Counted from the first letter of the stretch, positions 38,419 to 49,606 are shown. The stretch: 64,000 nucleotides of DNA from an uncultured Anaerolineae bacterium (GCA_964402285.1 CAYOAZ010000010.1:8357-72356), one strand, 5' to 3'. Made by a program: numbers and translations. The notes: generated from the sequence alone by a model not told the origin.

Positions 38419-39039
38419 ATGAGACGAGTGCGGATTTTAGCCAGTTTGATTCTCGGTAGTCTTGTGGCATTGGCGGGTCTGTGGTTGAGTCAGCGCCGAT
38501 ATGTGTACCACGATGTGCAGGAAGTTCCGTCACGGCCGGTAGCCATTGTCTTTGGCGCGGCCGTCTATCCTGGCGGCTATCCCAGTCCCGTCCTGGCTGA
38601 CCGCATTGAAGCAGCCGTTGATCTGTACAAGATGGGAAAGGTCCGCCGTATCCTTATGAGCGGTGACAATCAAACGGTGTACTACAATGAACCCGGCGCG
38701 ATGATGCGTTACGCTCTTGATCTGGGTGTGCCAGAAGAGGTGTTGCGTCCGGATTACGGAGGGCGGCGGACTTATGATACGTGTTACAGGGCTCGCCATA
38801 TTTTTCAAGTGAAGCAGGCTATCCTGGTTACCCAGGACTTTCACCTCTCCAGGGCTTTGCTTATCTGCCGGCACATGGGCATTGACGCCGTGGGATACAG
38901 CGCGGACCGACGTTCGTACCCCTTGGGAGATGTGCTGTACTGGTACGCCCGAGAGGCGTTGGCGCTCGCGCGAGCCGTCCTGGATCTGCTGCTAAACCGT
39001 CCTGCAGCAGTGGGGGGAGAACCCATCCCTCTCGATTAG
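38419..39039 (+). CDS. SanA/YdcF (ElyC) family protein
   Basis: AIVFGAAV, LADRIEAA, ILMSGDN, YNEPGAM, DYGGRRTYDTCYRA, VTQDFHLSRAL. Confidence 0.9.
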   Translation: MRRVRILASLILGSLVALAGLWLSQRRYVYHDVQEVPSRPVAIVFGAAVYPGGYPSPVLADRIEAAVDLYKMGKVRRILMSGDNQTVYYNEPGAMMRYALDLGVPEEVLRPDYGGRRTYDTCYRARHIFQVKQAILVTQDFHLSRALLICRHMGIDAVGYSADRRSYPLGDVLYWYAREALALARAVLDLLLNRPAAVGGEPIPLD

Positions 39040-39046
39040 TTCGTGC

Positions 39047-39526
39047 TCAGTTCGGTTGAGCAAGTCCCAAGCGTTTCAACAACCGAGGCCATCCCCGGTT
39101 AATGTAGGTCTCCAGCATTGCCGCGGTGGTCACATATGCTTCATAAGGGTGGCCGTATGGATCCGCGATATCCCGATGTTCTCCTGCGAGTTCGCTGAGT
39201 AAAACGATTTTTGTTGCTGCTTCTGGCAGAGTGTAAAGAATGCTCTTCCGGTGTGACTCCGTCATTACGATGATGAGGTCGGCCTCTTTAATCATGCGGG
39301 TGGTTATCTGCCGCGCTCGGTGATGGGATATGTCAATCCCCCGTTCGGCCAGTGCTTTCTGCGCCAGTGGACTAGGCGGTTCTCCCTCCAATGCGTAGGT
39401 GCCGGCAGTTTCCACGCGGATCTTGTCTTCCAGGCCTTCCTCTTCTATTTTGGCCTTTAACAGGCCATAAGCCATGGGAGAACGACAGATGTTTCCTGTG
39501 CACACAATCAACACGTGTTTTGTCAT
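39047..39526 (-). CDS. Low-molecular-weight protein Tyr/Arg phosphatase
   Basis: [13 protein letters not shown]-loop, DIADPYG. Confidence 0.92.
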   Translation of the reverse strand: MTKHVLIVCTGNICRSPMAYGLLKAKIEEEGLEDKIRVETAGTYALEGEPPSPLAQKALAERGIDISHHRARQITTRMIKEADLIIVMTESHRKSILYTLPEAATKIVLLSELAGEHRDIADPYGHPYEAYVTTAAMLETYINRGWPRLLKRLGLAQPN

Positions 39527-40881
39527 GGCGTCACCTTAAAGGAGACGTTTCTCTGGCGTCGAATGCGTGCGGCATTGGCGTGAGCCGTCAGCCCTTCTGC
39601 CTCGGCCAATATTTCGGCCGCCTCAGCAATAGCGTCCATTCCCCCCTCGTTCAGGGCTACCACGGAGGTGATTTTAACGAAGTCAAGAACGTTCACTGGA
39701 CTGGCAAAGCGGGCAGAGCCCCCCGTGGGCATGGAATGGGAGGGACCGGCTACGTAATCTCCCAGTACTTCGAACGAATATTCACCCACAAATATTCCAC
39801 CTGCGTTCCGAATATTGCCCACCAGGTCCCAGGGATCAACCAGGGAGAGGCAGAGGTGTTCTGGAGCAAACTCATTTGCTAATTCAACTGCCTCTGCCAA
39901 GTCGTGTGTGATAACGATGCCGCCGTGATGTGTAAGGGCCTCGCGCACAATGTCGGCCCGTTCTAGATGGGCCAGTTGTTTCTCAACCTCCTGCTGAACA
40001 AAGTTAGCAAACGTCCGGTTGGGAGTTAAGAGAATAGCCGTGGCTAATACATCGTGCTCGGCTTGGGCCAGGAGGTCTGCTGCTACCCACGCGGGGTTGG
40101 CGGTTTCGTCCGCGATGATGACCGTTTCCGTGGGGCCCAACAGCCCCTCAATCCCCACATCGCCGAACACGTGTTTTTTAGCCAGGGTAACGAAGAGATT
40201 GCCCGGGCCGACAATTTTATCCACTTTTGGGACGCTTTCTGTGCCGTAAGCCATTGCTGCAATAGCCTGGGCGCCGCCTACAGCAAAGATGCGATCAACG
40301 CCCGCGATATCTGCAGCCACCAACGTGACAGGTTCCACGCGTCCGTCTGTCTTGCGCGGTGGAGTGCACATGATGATTTCTTCCACGCCAGCCACCCGCG
40401 CGGGAATCGCCGTCATCAAAACCGTGGATGGAAGAGGGGCTGTCCCCCCGGGAACGTAGAGTCCCACCCGTTCCAGGGGGCGCACAATTTGTCCCAATCC
40501 CCCCTCGGCTTCCCATTCCGTCCATCCGCTAATCGGTTGCCGACGGTGGAAATGTTCGATACGACCTGCCGCAAATTCTAGTGCACTTACGATTTCCGGG
40601 GCTACTTGATTGTAGGCAGATTCTATCTCTTCGAGTGGGACTTCTGAATATGCCGGTGTGATGCCATCGGCTTTCTCTGTCCAATCCATTAACGCGGCAT
40701 CGCCGCGCTCGCGCACGTCCTGGATAATACGGCGCACCGCCTCCTCCGGGGTAAGATCTTCTCCAAACACGCGGCGAATGCCCTCCCGTACTCGCTGCGG
40801 GATGGGCCATTCATCCCACCGGCGGCGCTTTAGGATGCTGGTCTTGGCTTCTTCAACCGTGTAAATACGTATGGCAGGCAT
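39523..40881 (-). CDS. hisD: Histidinol dehydrogenase
   Basis: [59 protein letters not shown]. Confidence 0.98.
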   Translation of the reverse strand: MPAIRIYTVEEAKTSILKRRRWDEWPIPQRVREGIRRVFGEDLTPEEAVRRIIQDVRERGDAALMDWTEKADGITPAYSEVPLEEIESAYNQVAPEIVSALEFAAGRIEHFHRRQPISGWTEWEAEGGLGQIVRPLERVGLYVPGGTAPLPSTVLMTAIPARVAGVEEIIMCTPPRKTDGRVEPVTLVAADIAGVDRIFAVGGAQAIAAMAYGTESVPKVDKIVGPGNLFVTLAKKHVFGDVGIEGLLGPTETVIIADETANPAWVAADLLAQAEHDVLATAILLTPNRTFANFVQQEVEKQLAHLERADIVREALTHHGGIVITHDLAEAVELANEFAPEHLCLSLVDPWDLVGNIRNAGGIFVGEYSFEVLGDYVAGPSHSMPTGGSARFASPVNVLDFVKITSVVALNEGGMDAIAEAAEILAEAEGLTAHANAARIRRQRNVSFKVTP

Positions 40882-40924
40882 GATTCCCTCGCGTTTTGTG
40901 TGGGTGTCTCCTGAAAAATATTAC

Positions 40925-41593
40925 TCAATCCTCGGGCGATATTTCAACTTTTGCCCCTTTGATTTTCTCGATGATGTTTTGAATGCGTTCCTCTTTCAGA
41001 CGATAACTTGCTCGATTTGCAATAAGTACGGCTTGTGAGTGCATGATAACCCGGACTTCGATAAGGCCGTTTTCCTGTAACGTACGCCCGGTTTGCACCA
41101 AGTCCACAATGACGTCAGAAAGCCCTACCAATGGTCCGAGTTCAACCGAGCCGCTTAAGGGAATAATCTCTGGTGAGACCCCGCGCGCGTGGAAGTATTG
41201 CAACGCGAGATTCGGATATTTGGTAGCAACTCGGGGGTTGGGGTTGAGGCGCAGGGAATGATAAGCATCCACTCGGTCACGTGGCACTGCGACGCTAAGA
41301 CGACAATGTCCGAAGGGCAGGAGGACGGGTTCGTATACGTCGTAGTTTCCTTCCCTTAACACGTCTAACCCAACAATGCCCAAGTCTGCCACTCCATGTT
41401 CCACGTATACCGGCACATCAGCCGGTTTTGCCAAAAGGAAATCCAACTGAGGTTCTGCTCCGGGCAGGATAAGCGCGCGTTCATTGTTGGGCGCGTGGGC
41501 AGGCATTAACCCCGCGGCGTGTAATAACGCGCGCGCGTCCTTTTCCAAGCGGCCTTTTGCCAATGCAATCCGTATGAACGTTGTCTCACTCAT
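40925..41593 (-). CDS. hisG: ATP phosphoribosyltransferase, short form
   Basis: IALAKGRL, DVPVYVEHGVADLGIVG, RVATKYP, GSVELGPLVGLSDVIVDLVQTGRTL. Confidence 0.97.
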   Translation of the reverse strand: MSETTFIRIALAKGRLEKDARALLHAAGLMPAHAPNNERALILPGAEPQLDFLLAKPADVPVYVEHGVADLGIVGLDVLREGNYDVYEPVLLPFGHCRLSVAVPRDRVDAYHSLRLNPNPRVATKYPNLALQYFHARGVSPEIIPLSGSVELGPLVGLSDVIVDLVQTGRTLQENGLIEVRVIMHSQAVLIANRASYRLKEERIQNIIEKIKGAKVEISPED

Positions 41594-42888
41594 TGATCGC
41601 TCAGCACTTCAATCTCTTGAGTCCAATCACGGTTGGGCGGGATGTGTTGTTTAACGCCTTGGTGCCAGATCCAGACTTCAGGGCCACACCACACTGCCAG
41701 GGGGATGTTTCCCTGTTGCGCGTAGGCCCACAAATCTTCTGGCGTGTTCGCTGTGTAATGCCAGGCTACCATTTTCCCACGGTTTCGTAGGTCCTGCACG
41801 TGTTTAACAGTGCTCTCTGTAATGTGTCCGCCCACAACAATTTGGGGGGTCCACTGAGGTGGTTCAACACCTTGCGCCTCGCGAGCCCGCAGTGCCCGAT
41901 CTAGGGTGATGGCAAACCCCACTGCGGGTTGAGGTGGCCCGAATTCCCCCACCAGATTGTCATAGCGTCCCCCACTGAGCAAGGCAAATCCTAGACCTGG
42001 CGCAAAGCCCTCAAAGGTAATACCTGTGTAGTATTCCATCCCACGCACTTCGGCTAGATCCAGGGTGATGTAGGATTTCACCCCGTACGCGTCCACGATT
42101 CGCTCTATTGCCTGCAGGTGTTCCAGGGCCCTCTCCATGGTCGCGTTTAGCACAATGCGCGAGGCTGCTGCCAGGATTCCCTGGGACCCGTGAAGGTAAG
42201 GCAGTTGCAGAATGGCCTCCCGGGCTTGTTGGGGAAGGTTCCACTTCTGAACTAAAGCGGTCAATTCCGGTTCACTTTTACGGTCTAACGCGCTGCGCAA
42301 GGAGCGCGTGCCTTCGGGCGGAAGATTTAGACCCTGCAGCAAGCCACGGAAAAAACTCATTTCGCCTAAAACAATGCGGAAATCCCGTAAGCCCATCGCG
42401 TGTAAGGATTCCACAGCGAGAGCAAGGATTTCTCCATCTGCTTCTGGGCCTTGAACACCGATCAGTTCCACACCGGCTTGATAGAATTCTCGTTGCATTC
42501 CGGCCAAAGGTTCGTTATAGCGAAATACAGGGCCGGTGTAGAAGAAACGCTGGGGAAACGGTTGGTCAAAGAGTTTGCTCCCGACAAGTCGGGCAGTGGG
42601 GATGGTCATGTCCGGACGCAATGCCAACATACGTCCATCCCGGTCGAAAAACCGGTACATTTGCTCTTGAAGTGGGGCCCCGGCTCCGGTGCTCAAATTC
42701 TCCGCGTACTCAAATGTGGGTGGTACGTATTCTGTATATCCCCATGAGGCGTACAGATTCCGTAGCACCCGTTCTAAGTGACGTAGTCCGGCTGCCTCAC
42801 CCCAGAATCTGTCAATTACCCCTCGCGGTAAGGGGCGTCCAGGGGGCCGTTCTCCATTTGTCGCTAATGATTTGCGCCAATCAGTCAT
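41590..42888 (-). CDS. hisZ: ATP phosphoribosyltransferase regulatory subunit
   Basis: LALRPDMT, REFYQAGVELIG, YYTGITFE, SGGRYDNL, AVGF. Immediately upstream of the short hisG. Confidence 0.93.
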   Translation of the reverse strand: MTDWRKSLATNGERPPGRPLPRGVIDRFWGEAAGLRHLERVLRNLYASWGYTEYVPPTFEYAENLSTGAGAPLQEQMYRFFDRDGRMLALRPDMTIPTARLVGSKLFDQPFPQRFFYTGPVFRYNEPLAGMQREFYQAGVELIGVQGPEADGEILALAVESLHAMGLRDFRIVLGEMSFFRGLLQGLNLPPEGTRSLRSALDRKSEPELTALVQKWNLPQQAREAILQLPYLHGSQGILAAASRIVLNATMERALEHLQAIERIVDAYGVKSYITLDLAEVRGMEYYTGITFEGFAPGLGFALLSGGRYDNLVGEFGPPQPAVGFAITLDRALRAREAQGVEPPQWTPQIVVGGHITESTVKHVQDLRNRGKMVAWHYTANTPEDLWAYAQQGNIPLAVWCGPEVWIWHQGVKQHIPPNRDWTQEIEVLSDQ

Positions 42889-42936
42889 ATTGCGTTCCGA
42901 GAGGGACGGAAATTTACCCGTTTCAAGGCGGAGAGT

Positions 42937-42965
42937 AGTGTAGCATTCACCCAATGGGGAAGCAA
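42937..42965 (-). promoter_or_regulatory. Internal promoter for hisZ-hisG-hisD
   Basis: TTGCTT-N17-TACACT with an extended -10 TG in the 84-bp gap. Confidence 0.6.
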
Positions 42966-42971
42966 ATCGCT

Positions 42972-43880
42972 TTATTTCCAGTGGGCCCGTGTCCATGCCC
43001 AATGGAAAGTGACCCTTTGAACCTGGAGGTGATACGGGTTCAATCTCAAAGCCCAGTAGATGCTTTTGATTAGGGCCACTAGCATTAGAAGCCCACGATA
43101 CAGCAGACCGTATACGGGTCCGTGGTGCTTAACCATGTAGTTGTACATGCTGTCCAGGGCGATTATCCCCAGGGAGAGACGTTCCTGTTCTGGTACGCTA
43201 CCACTGCCCACGTGAATCACTCGGGCTTGCGGGGTGTACACACACATCCACCCCGCTTGCCAGAGACGTTTGCAGAAGTCCGTGTCTTCTGCATATAGCC
43301 AGAATCTTGTATCCAGTCCATTCACTGCACGCCAGGCCTGTCCACGGATTAATATGGCTGCCCCACTTAAAACCGGCACGGGTTCCAGGGTCTTAAGCGT
43401 GCCCATGTAGTATCGGCCGGTAAGGAGGGAATTGGGATATCGTGAGGCCACACCGAGTTTATCCATAAATTCGCGCCACAGGGAAGGAAAAGAGCGAGCA
43501 CTGCGCGGATCAATGCGCCCATCTGGGCTTACTAATGCTGGCCCTACCGCGCCCACGGTTGGCCAACTGTTTAATGTTTCCTCCAAACGCGCCAGGCTCC
43601 CGGGTAAGGGAACGGTGTCCGGGTTAAGCAACAGGGTCATGGTCGCTTTAGGGGAGTAAGCGAGGTGAACGGCTTGGGCGAACCCTGTATTGGTTCGCAG
43701 GGGAAGAACGCGGACTTCAGGATGAGTGTGTTCTACTATGGAAACCGTACGATCTTGGGAGGCATTATCCACCAGGGTGACATGGTACGGCCTCCCCTGC
43801 CATGCTGCAGGAAGTGCATCCAGGCAGGCACGGATGTGTGGTTCGTTGTTATGGGTTACGATAATAACGTGACGTACCAT
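42972..43880 (-). CDS. GT2 family glycosyltransferase (rhamnosyltransferase-like)
   Basis: IIVTHN, VDNASQD, NTGFA, LLLNPD, LSGAAILIR, WLYAEDTDFC, IHVGSGS. Confidence 0.9.
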   Translation of the reverse strand: MVRHVIIVTHNNEPHIRACLDALPAAWQGRPYHVTLVDNASQDRTVSIVEHTHPEVRVLPLRTNTGFAQAVHLAYSPKATMTLLLNPDTVPLPGSLARLEETLNSWPTVGAVGPALVSPDGRIDPRSARSFPSLWREFMDKLGVASRYPNSLLTGRYYMGTLKTLEPVPVLSGAAILIRGQAWRAVNGLDTRFWLYAEDTDFCKRLWQAGWMCVYTPQARVIHVGSGSVPEQERLSLGIIALDSMYNYMVKHHGPVYGLLYRGLLMLVALIKSIYWALRLNPYHLQVQRVTFHWAWTRAHWK

Positions 43881-43884
43881 GATG

Positions 43885-44709
43885 CTATGCTCGGGCCCAG
43901 GCTCGTAAAACACCTCCATGTTGAGTCAGTGCCGCGAGTGTATCTACGGCCCATCCTATTGGATTCCAGCGGGAGGAAATTGGGAGGCTGTGTATCCAGC
44001 CGGGGCTGTTGGGCGCGCTAACAACCTTTATCTGCTGAAAACCCGCCTGCTGAAGGAGCCGTTGCAGGGTGGGTTTGGTGAAGTGCCACATGTGTCTTTC
44101 AAGATCCCAGTGTAACCAACGATGACCTAACAGGTGGGATTGCCAAGAGTCCATGTTGGGTACTTCAACGAGTATACGCCCCCCTTTTTGTAGTACTCTG
44201 CGTGCTTCTTGTAGGCAGGTTAGAGGGTCGCGTACGTGTTCGAGCACGTGCCAGCAGGTCACCAGACGAAATTTGCTGGCGGGAAAGGGGAGGAAGTGGG
44301 CATCGGCTTGAAGTGCGGTTGGGGTCAGTGAAGGAAAGGCTGGAAAGATGTCTAGCCCAAATGCTTGCCATCCTAATTGTCGCAATGCTCTTACGTAGAA
44401 GCCCGGCCCGCATCCTACGTCTAAAGCACGGGCCCCGGGGTGAGGGGGGAGATAAATGCCCAGAAGGAGGGGGACATGGGGGAGGGGGAGATGAAGTAGG
44501 GCGCGTTTGAGCACAGTCCGCCAGCGCGCTGGGGGACGGATTTCACCTCCTAGCCAGGTAGGTGGTGGTGGGATTTCTGGTGGAGGGTATGTGTAACCTA
44601 CCCCGCAGGACGGGCACCTTCCCACTGTGGGTAGAATAGGTGCGTTTATTCTCGGTAGGGGGGTATGGCATACTGCACACCGCAATTGTCCGGTGTTCTT
44701 TTTTACCAT
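43885..44709 (-). CDS. Class I SAM-dependent methyltransferase with N-terminal CxxC...CxxC
   Basis: [32 protein letters not shown]. Confidence 0.88.
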   Translation of the reverse strand: MVKKNTGQLRCAVCHTPLPRINAPILPTVGRCPSCGVGYTYPPPEIPPPPTWLGGEIRPPARWRTVLKRALLHLPLPHVPLLLGIYLPPHPGARALDVGCGPGFYVRALRQLGWQAFGLDIFPAFPSLTPTALQADAHFLPFPASKFRLVTCWHVLEHVRDPLTCLQEARRVLQKGGRILVEVPNMDSWQSHLLGHRWLHWDLERHMWHFTKPTLQRLLQQAGFQQIKVVSAPNSPGWIHSLPISSRWNPIGWAVDTLAALTQHGGVLRAWARA

Positions 44710-45434
44710 GATTCGCGAATGGATCGCCAGAGCAAGTAGACGGCTCCGGCTAAACCGGCCAAGCCAATTATAAGGAGTCCTATGCCGCGAACTAACGCCC
44801 CCGTGTTAATAGGTTCCGGTGTAGGGGTGGGCGTCCACGTGGGAGACGGGGTCGGCGGTATTGGCGAGGGGGTGAAGGTCGGCGTGGGGGTGGGAGAGGG
44901 GGGAAGTGGTGTAGATGTGGCCGTGGCTGTCGCGGTGGCCGTGGCTGTCGGTGTAGCCGTTGCTGTGGCCGTTGGGGTGAGGGTAGGCGTGGGGGTGGGT
45001 GTTTCGGTGGGGGTGAGGGTGGGCGTGGGTGTTGTAGTCGCTGTCAACGTCGCGGTGATGCTCTGAGTAGGCGTTGTGGTCGGTGTTTGGGTGGGGGTGG
45101 GTGTTGGCGTGGGCGGACGCGGTGTTGGCGGTGGTGTGGGGGTGGGCGTGGGCGGACGCGGGGTTGGCGTGGGAGGAATGGGCGTCGGTGTAGGTGTCGG
45201 CGTGGGGGGGACGGGCGTAGGAGTTGGTGTGGGCGGCGCAGGCGTGGGTGTCGGCGTGGGAGCCGGTGTGGGTGTCGCCGTGGGTGGTTGCGAAGGGGGC
45301 GGCGGTGGTGGTGGATGCAGTGGCCGTTGCACCAGGTCCGCGAGGGCGGGATGGGTTGGTAGGAGAACGCCCAAGGTGATAGCGGCTAATAATAAGGTTG
45401 TTTTAGCCGTCCACAAGAGAAATTCCTTACGCAT
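44703..45434 (-). CDS. Mucin-like Pro/Thr-rich exported protein with C-terminal membrane anchor
   Basis: Signal peptide (PALA-D), a long P/T/A low-complexity tract, PEPINTG, then TM and WRSIRESW. Overlaps the methyltransferase start. Confidence 0.75.
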   Translation of the reverse strand: MRKEFLLWTAKTTLLLAAITLGVLLPTHPALADLVQRPLHPPPPPPPSQPPTATPTPAPTPTPTPAPPTPTPTPVPPTPTPTPTPIPPTPTPRPPTPTPTPPPTPRPPTPTPTPTQTPTTTPTQSITATLTATTTPTPTLTPTETPTPTPTLTPTATATATPTATATATATATSTPLPPSPTPTPTFTPSPIPPTPSPTWTPTPTPEPINTGALVRGIGLLIIGLAGLAGAVYLLWRSIRESW

Positions 45435-45518
45435 GAGCGTCTCCTCTCCTGAAAGATGGTCGGGATGGTTGAAGCACTCTATTATAGCGGGATATCTGTG
45501 GAACCGACAAAAGCCGGC

Positions 45519-46391
45519 TTAGGCAAACGGCTCCACGCGCAGTTTCCCATTTTCCTCGCGCAGTTTTCCAACAGCAAACCGGGCATCGTGTTGGAAGATG
45601 AGCCAAGCATCGTGTTGGATCGCCCAACGGGCCAGGCGTTTTTTCGTGTGGATACTTACCATCGGGGCTAAATCATAGGCTGGAACCCAGGCCATGCGTT
45701 CGAAGAACACGCCCCAAGACACCGCGTCAGCAAGGAAGATGGCGAACTCCCCACCGCCCTGCATTACGACACATTGATGGGCGGGGGTGTGTCCGGCTGT
45801 AATAGTGGTCCAAATTCCAGGAGTCACATCTGTGTCTCCGTCGATAATTCGTAATTGACCGCGTTCTTCCAAGGGGATGAAGTTTTCGCGGAAGTAGGTG
45901 CCGCGCGTTCGTTCGTTGGGGAACATTGCATCGGCCATTTCTCGGGCTTGAATCCAATATTCCGCGTTGGGGAATGTGGGTACGACATGGCCTTCGCTGT
46001 CAATGCGAGTGTTGCCCCCGCAGTGGTCGTTGTGCAGGTGTGTGAGGATAACGAGGTCGATATCATTAACGGTTATTCCTAAGGAAGCCAGATCATTGAT
46101 TAATCGGTCACGGCCTTCTAGCGCTATGTGTTTGCGCGATTTTTCGCTCATTTTATCCCCGATGCCGGTATCCACCAGGATACGTTTATCCCCGTTCTCA
46201 ATGAGAACGGAGCGCAAGCGCATTGGAACTCGGTTTAACTCATCGGGTTGAATCACTCGTTGCCAGAGCACTTTGGGGGTGAGCCCAAAAAGTCCTCCCC
46301 CATCCCAATAGACAGTGCCGTCACTGACAACTGTTACGCGCATGTCACCTAAGGTTAACACAACGTGACCGTTTACAACGTCAATGGGCAT
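45519..46391 (-). CDS. MBL-fold metallo-hydrolase (YtnP-like)
   Basis: DGGGLFG, ILVDTGIG, THLHNDHCGG, GHTPAHQ, FQHD. Confidence 0.88.
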   Translation of the reverse strand: MPIDVVNGHVVLTLGDMRVTVVSDGTVYWDGGGLFGLTPKVLWQRVIQPDELNRVPMRLRSVLIENGDKRILVDTGIGDKMSEKSRKHIALEGRDRLINDLASLGITVNDIDLVILTHLHNDHCGGNTRIDSEGHVVPTFPNAEYWIQAREMADAMFPNERTRGTYFRENFIPLEERGQLRIIDGDTDVTPGIWTTITAGHTPAHQCVVMQGGGEFAIFLADAVSWGVFFERMAWVPAYDLAPMVSIHTKKRLARWAIQHDAWLIFQHDARFAVGKLREENGKLRVEPFA

Positions 46392-47043
46392 GGCTCACTC
46401 CTTGTGAATTTACCGAGTTTAAAGCGTTATCAGTTGCCGGAGGTTCCATGATGCGTTTTATCCACAGTTCTGTTTCCTGCCCCGCGTGGTAATCCAGAAG
46501 GGCTTGCGACCATTCTGCCCGAATACGTTTGAGGGCCCAGATGGTGGCCCGACGGACAACTGGATGTTCGTCTTTGAGCAGGAGGGCTAATGTATCCCGC
46601 GCTTTTGTCTCATCAGGGAAATGGGCTAACGCGTCGGCCAGGGTGACACGTACTTCTACGCTGGGGTGTTGCGCGTGCGGGATAATGGCCGGCACCGCGC
46701 GCGGGTCGGCTATTTCGCCCAGGATTCGGATGGTTTCGGCGAGTCCACCCGCGGGTTCTGAGCGCTGGACACGTCGTAGGCAGGCTCCGAGCAAATCCTT
46801 TGGGCGCCGCGCTAAAAGCATGTCGCCAATGTCGCGGCGCACAAACGCGTCTACGTGGTCCATGAGGTTCAGCAGGGCGCTCACATCTCTGGGGCTTAAG
46901 GGTAAATCGTGTAACAAGCGGAGCGCGTTCGCCCGTTCCCGGTCGGATCCGGTTTCTAAAGTTTGAAGTGTCCGTTTGGTCGCGCGACCTGACCACAGAT
47001 CAACCTTTTGTCGCACGCGTTTCCAAGTTTCGGCAACGTTCAT
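46381..47043 (-). CDS. HEAT-repeat protein
   Basis: LGEIADPRAVPAI, VEVRVTLADALA, PVVRRATIWAL. Confidence 0.75.
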   Translation of the reverse strand: MNVAETWKRVRQKVDLWSGRATKRTLQTLETGSDRERANALRLLHDLPLSPRDVSALLNLMDHVDAFVRRDIGDMLLARRPKDLLGACLRRVQRSEPAGGLAETIRILGEIADPRAVPAIIPHAQHPSVEVRVTLADALAHFPDETKARDTLALLLKDEHPVVRRATIWALKRIRAEWSQALLDYHAGQETELWIKRIMEPPATDNALNSVNSQGVSHAH

Positions 47044-47124
47044 GGCGGCCGGTTCGTCCTCCAACAGTTTCCCCACCTGGGGCGAACTTGCCCGAAACAC
47101 ACAGGGTGTTGGGGAGTTTGTCCC

Positions 47125-47766
47125 CTACAGACGGATGAGTTTAACTTCATTGGCTTGGTCATCCCACAGAGCGTAACATGTTCCCGGCCCGTCCAGGGGA
47201 CGCCCTACGCTACCCACGCCTATGATGTAAAGACTTCCGTCCTGCCGGAGTGGAATGAGTGGGTTTTTCCAGGCTCGCAGGTGGTTGTCAGCCGTGAGGA
47301 TCCACACTTTTTGAATGTGCGTGTGGCCGTGGAATGCGATACGAATGTTCTGGCTTCCCATGTGCGCGAAGGCTTCCCACAGCGCGTCGCTTTTCTCGGC
47401 AAGGGGCGGAAAGAGCGCGAACCAGGAACCATGCTCCCGTACATACGTTAAGGCGTCATCGACGGTCTTTACCTCCTCTGGCCATACAGGACTCGCATGA
47501 CAGAAAAGGACGTCCTTTTCCCGCAGTTGGAACGGCCATCTTCGCACCACATCTCGCCACGGGGGCGGGAGCAAGTGCCAGGAGGAGACTTCCCAGTTTC
47601 CTAAAACGGAACGGGCAGGTATTTGGGATAACAGTTCATGGCTTGTTCCATTGCCTAAGTCTCCCAGGTTGACGAAAGCCCGCGCCCCGCGACGCTGAGC
47701 ATCCTTGATGACCCGCTTTAACGCTTTACTGTGTCCGTGCACGTCCGAGAATATGGCCCAGAGCAT
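47125..47766 (-). CDS. Calcineurin-like metallophosphoesterase
   Basis: FSDVHG, LGDLG, LGNWE, CHAS, HGHTH, GSVGRP. Confidence 0.88.
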   Translation of the reverse strand: MLWAIFSDVHGHSKALKRVIKDAQRRGARAFVNLGDLGNGTSHELLSQIPARSVLGNWEVSSWHLLPPPWRDVVRRWPFQLREKDVLFCHASPVWPEEVKTVDDALTYVREHGSWFALFPPLAEKSDALWEAFAHMGSQNIRIAFHGHTHIQKVWILTADNHLRAWKNPLIPLRQDGSLYIIGVGSVGRPLDGPGTCYALWDDQANEVKLIRL

Positions 47767-47781
47767 GGTTCGTTCCTCAGC

Positions 47782-48972
47782 CTATTTAAGTTCAGGTGTG
47801 GCTAATGGGTGTTGCATGGATTGTGGAGCAAGTTCTTCCTCGCTCATAACACGGTCAAAGGTGCGCACAATATTGTACCGCGTATCCCGTTGGGCGGGCC
47901 AGAACCCTGCCTTTAGGATGTTTTGGTGGAGGTCATATACGCTCATGCGGGGTTTTTTCTCACTAAAGGCCCCTGCCGCGCTGACCACATTTTCCTCTAA
48001 CATGGTGCTGCCAAAGTCGTCCGCGCCAAAGTGCAGAGCCTTTCGGGCTACTTCTTCCCCCTGGGTCAGCCATGACGCCTGGATGTGTTCAAAGTTGTCC
48101 AGGTACAGTCGTGAAAACGCCAGGTGATGGAGATATTCCTGATAGTCCGCTCCATACCGATGGTGGGTTTTGGAGCGCCCTAAACTGGTGGCCTGGTTGA
48201 TCTGCGCGGTCCAGGGAATGAAGGCAGTAAAGCCGTTGCCATGTGTTTGGCGACTTTCATCCTGTAAAGACCGTATTCGTTCCAGGTGGCGTATGCGGTG
48301 AACGACTGTTTCACCAAAACCAATGACCATGGTCGCGCTGGTGGCCAGACCCAGGGCTTGTGCCTCTCGCATTACGTTAAGCCACCCTTCGGTTTTCTGT
48401 TTTTTAGGACTAATGCGACTTCGTATTTCATCATCTAAAATCTCTGCCCCGCCTCCAGGAAGTCCTTCTAGCCCTGCCTGGATGAGTCGCTCCAACACTT
48501 TTCGCGTGCTCATGTTTTCCAATTGGGCAATGTGTTCTATTTCCGAGGGAGAGAAGGCGTCAATTTCAATGGACGGAAAGCGCTCCTTGAGGTATCGGAG
48601 CAAGTCCTCATACCAGGCAAGCGGGAGATCGGGATGATGTCCTCCCTGCATCAAAATGCGGGTGCCGCCCCAGGTGACGAGTTCGGCCACGCGTCGGCCA
48701 ATTTCCTCAAAAGAGAGCACGTACGCTTCTGGATGTCCAGGAGGACGGTAAAAGGCACAAAATTGGCAATTCGTAATACACACGTTGGTGTAATTGATAT
48801 TTCGGTCTACCAGGTAGGTTACAATACGGGGGTCGGTTTTGCGCGACCGCACTTGATGCGCTGCATCGGCTAGGACATCCAGTGGGGCCTTGTGATACAA
48901 AAAGACGCCTTCTTCAAATGAGATACGTTCACCGGCTATGGCTTTTTTGAGAATGGTGTCGACATCCAACAT
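47782..48972 (-). CDS. mqnC: Cyclic dehypoxanthinyl futalosine synthase (radical SAM)
   Basis: DRNINYTNVCITNCQFCAFYR, ILMQGGHHP, PGGGAEILDD, FTAFIPW, IQASW, GADDFGSTMLEENVV. The start may be at 49014. Confidence 0.9.
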   Translation of the reverse strand: MLDVDTILKKAIAGERISFEEGVFLYHKAPLDVLADAAHQVRSRKTDPRIVTYLVDRNINYTNVCITNCQFCAFYRPPGHPEAYVLSFEEIGRRVAELVTWGGTRILMQGGHHPDLPLAWYEDLLRYLKERFPSIEIDAFSPSEIEHIAQLENMSTRKVLERLIQAGLEGLPGGGAEILDDEIRSRISPKKQKTEGWLNVMREAQALGLATSATMVIGFGETVVHRIRHLERIRSLQDESRQTHGNGFTAFIPWTAQINQATSLGRSKTHHRYGADYQEYLHHLAFSRLYLDNFEHIQASWLTQGEEVARKALHFGADDFGSTMLEENVVSAAGAFSEKKPRMSVYDLHQNILKAGFWPAQRDTRYNIVRTFDRVMSEEELAPQSMQHPLATPELK

Positions 48973-49006
48973 ATCCTGTTCCTCGTTCGTTTTATCTGTT
49001 AGGATG

Positions 49007-49606
49007 CTAGACAATAAGCCGTATTCCGATTATTACCAGAACGATGGCCAGGGCCCACAAGGTACGACGATACCACGGCCCACGCAGTCCACTACGCTGG
49101 TGGTGTACGATAAGTGCTAATCCAACGTGGGATCCTACCAGCAGTGTGTAGAAAATCGCCAGAAACGCGACCGCTAAAGCCGGATGTTTGGCATATGCTT
49201 GTAAGAGCAGCGGCCCTCCTACAGTTCCCCAGAATATGTACGGATTGGGGTTAAGGAAGTTCACCAGTACTCCTTTCCCCATTTCTTGGCGAGCGCTGGT
49301 GTGCGTTGAGATTTCCAGGTGTTCTATGTGTTGGGCAGAGCGGGCGGTCTCAATGCCCAGATAAATAACCACCAGACCGCCTGCAACGCTGAGGAGTCGT
49401 ACGATTTCCTGGGGGAGCACGTGCAAGACCAGCAGGGAAAGGAGAATAATGGGGATGTCGGTCAGCAATGGGGCGATGCCCACACTTACACCTGCTTTCC
49501 ATCCCCCTCGCAGGGTGGCGACAATGGTGTATGTTAGCAGAGGGCCCGGTGTTAATCCGGCGGCCATTCCCAAGGAGATACCTAACAGGATGTATTCCAT
49601 CATTCC
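49007..49606 (-). CDS. LysE-family translocator
   Basis: [31 protein letters not shown]. Confidence 0.85.
   Translation of the reverse strand, partial: GMMEYILLGISLGMAAGLTPGPLLTYTIVATLRGGWKAGVSVGIAPLLTDIPIILLSLLVLHVLPQEIVRLLSVAGGLVVIYLGIETARSAQHIEHLEISTHTSARQEMGKGVLVNFLNPNPYIFWGTVGGPLLLQAYAKHPALAVAFLAIFYTLLVGSHVGLALIVHHQRSGLRGPWYRRTLWALAIVLVIIGIRLIV

Noticed and set aside
42108-42938. 276-aa plus-strand ORF
   Set aside because: A shadow of hisZ with no motifs.
42889-42971. T-box or His leader peptide before hisZ
   Set aside because: The gap is only about 84 bp, holds a plain promoter, and has no T-box motif or His codon run.
44782-45522. Val/Gly-rich plus-strand ORFs (also 59203-59851 and 60038-60346)
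   Set aside because: Reverse complements of Pro/Thr tracts; the opposite strand carries the signal peptides and anchors.
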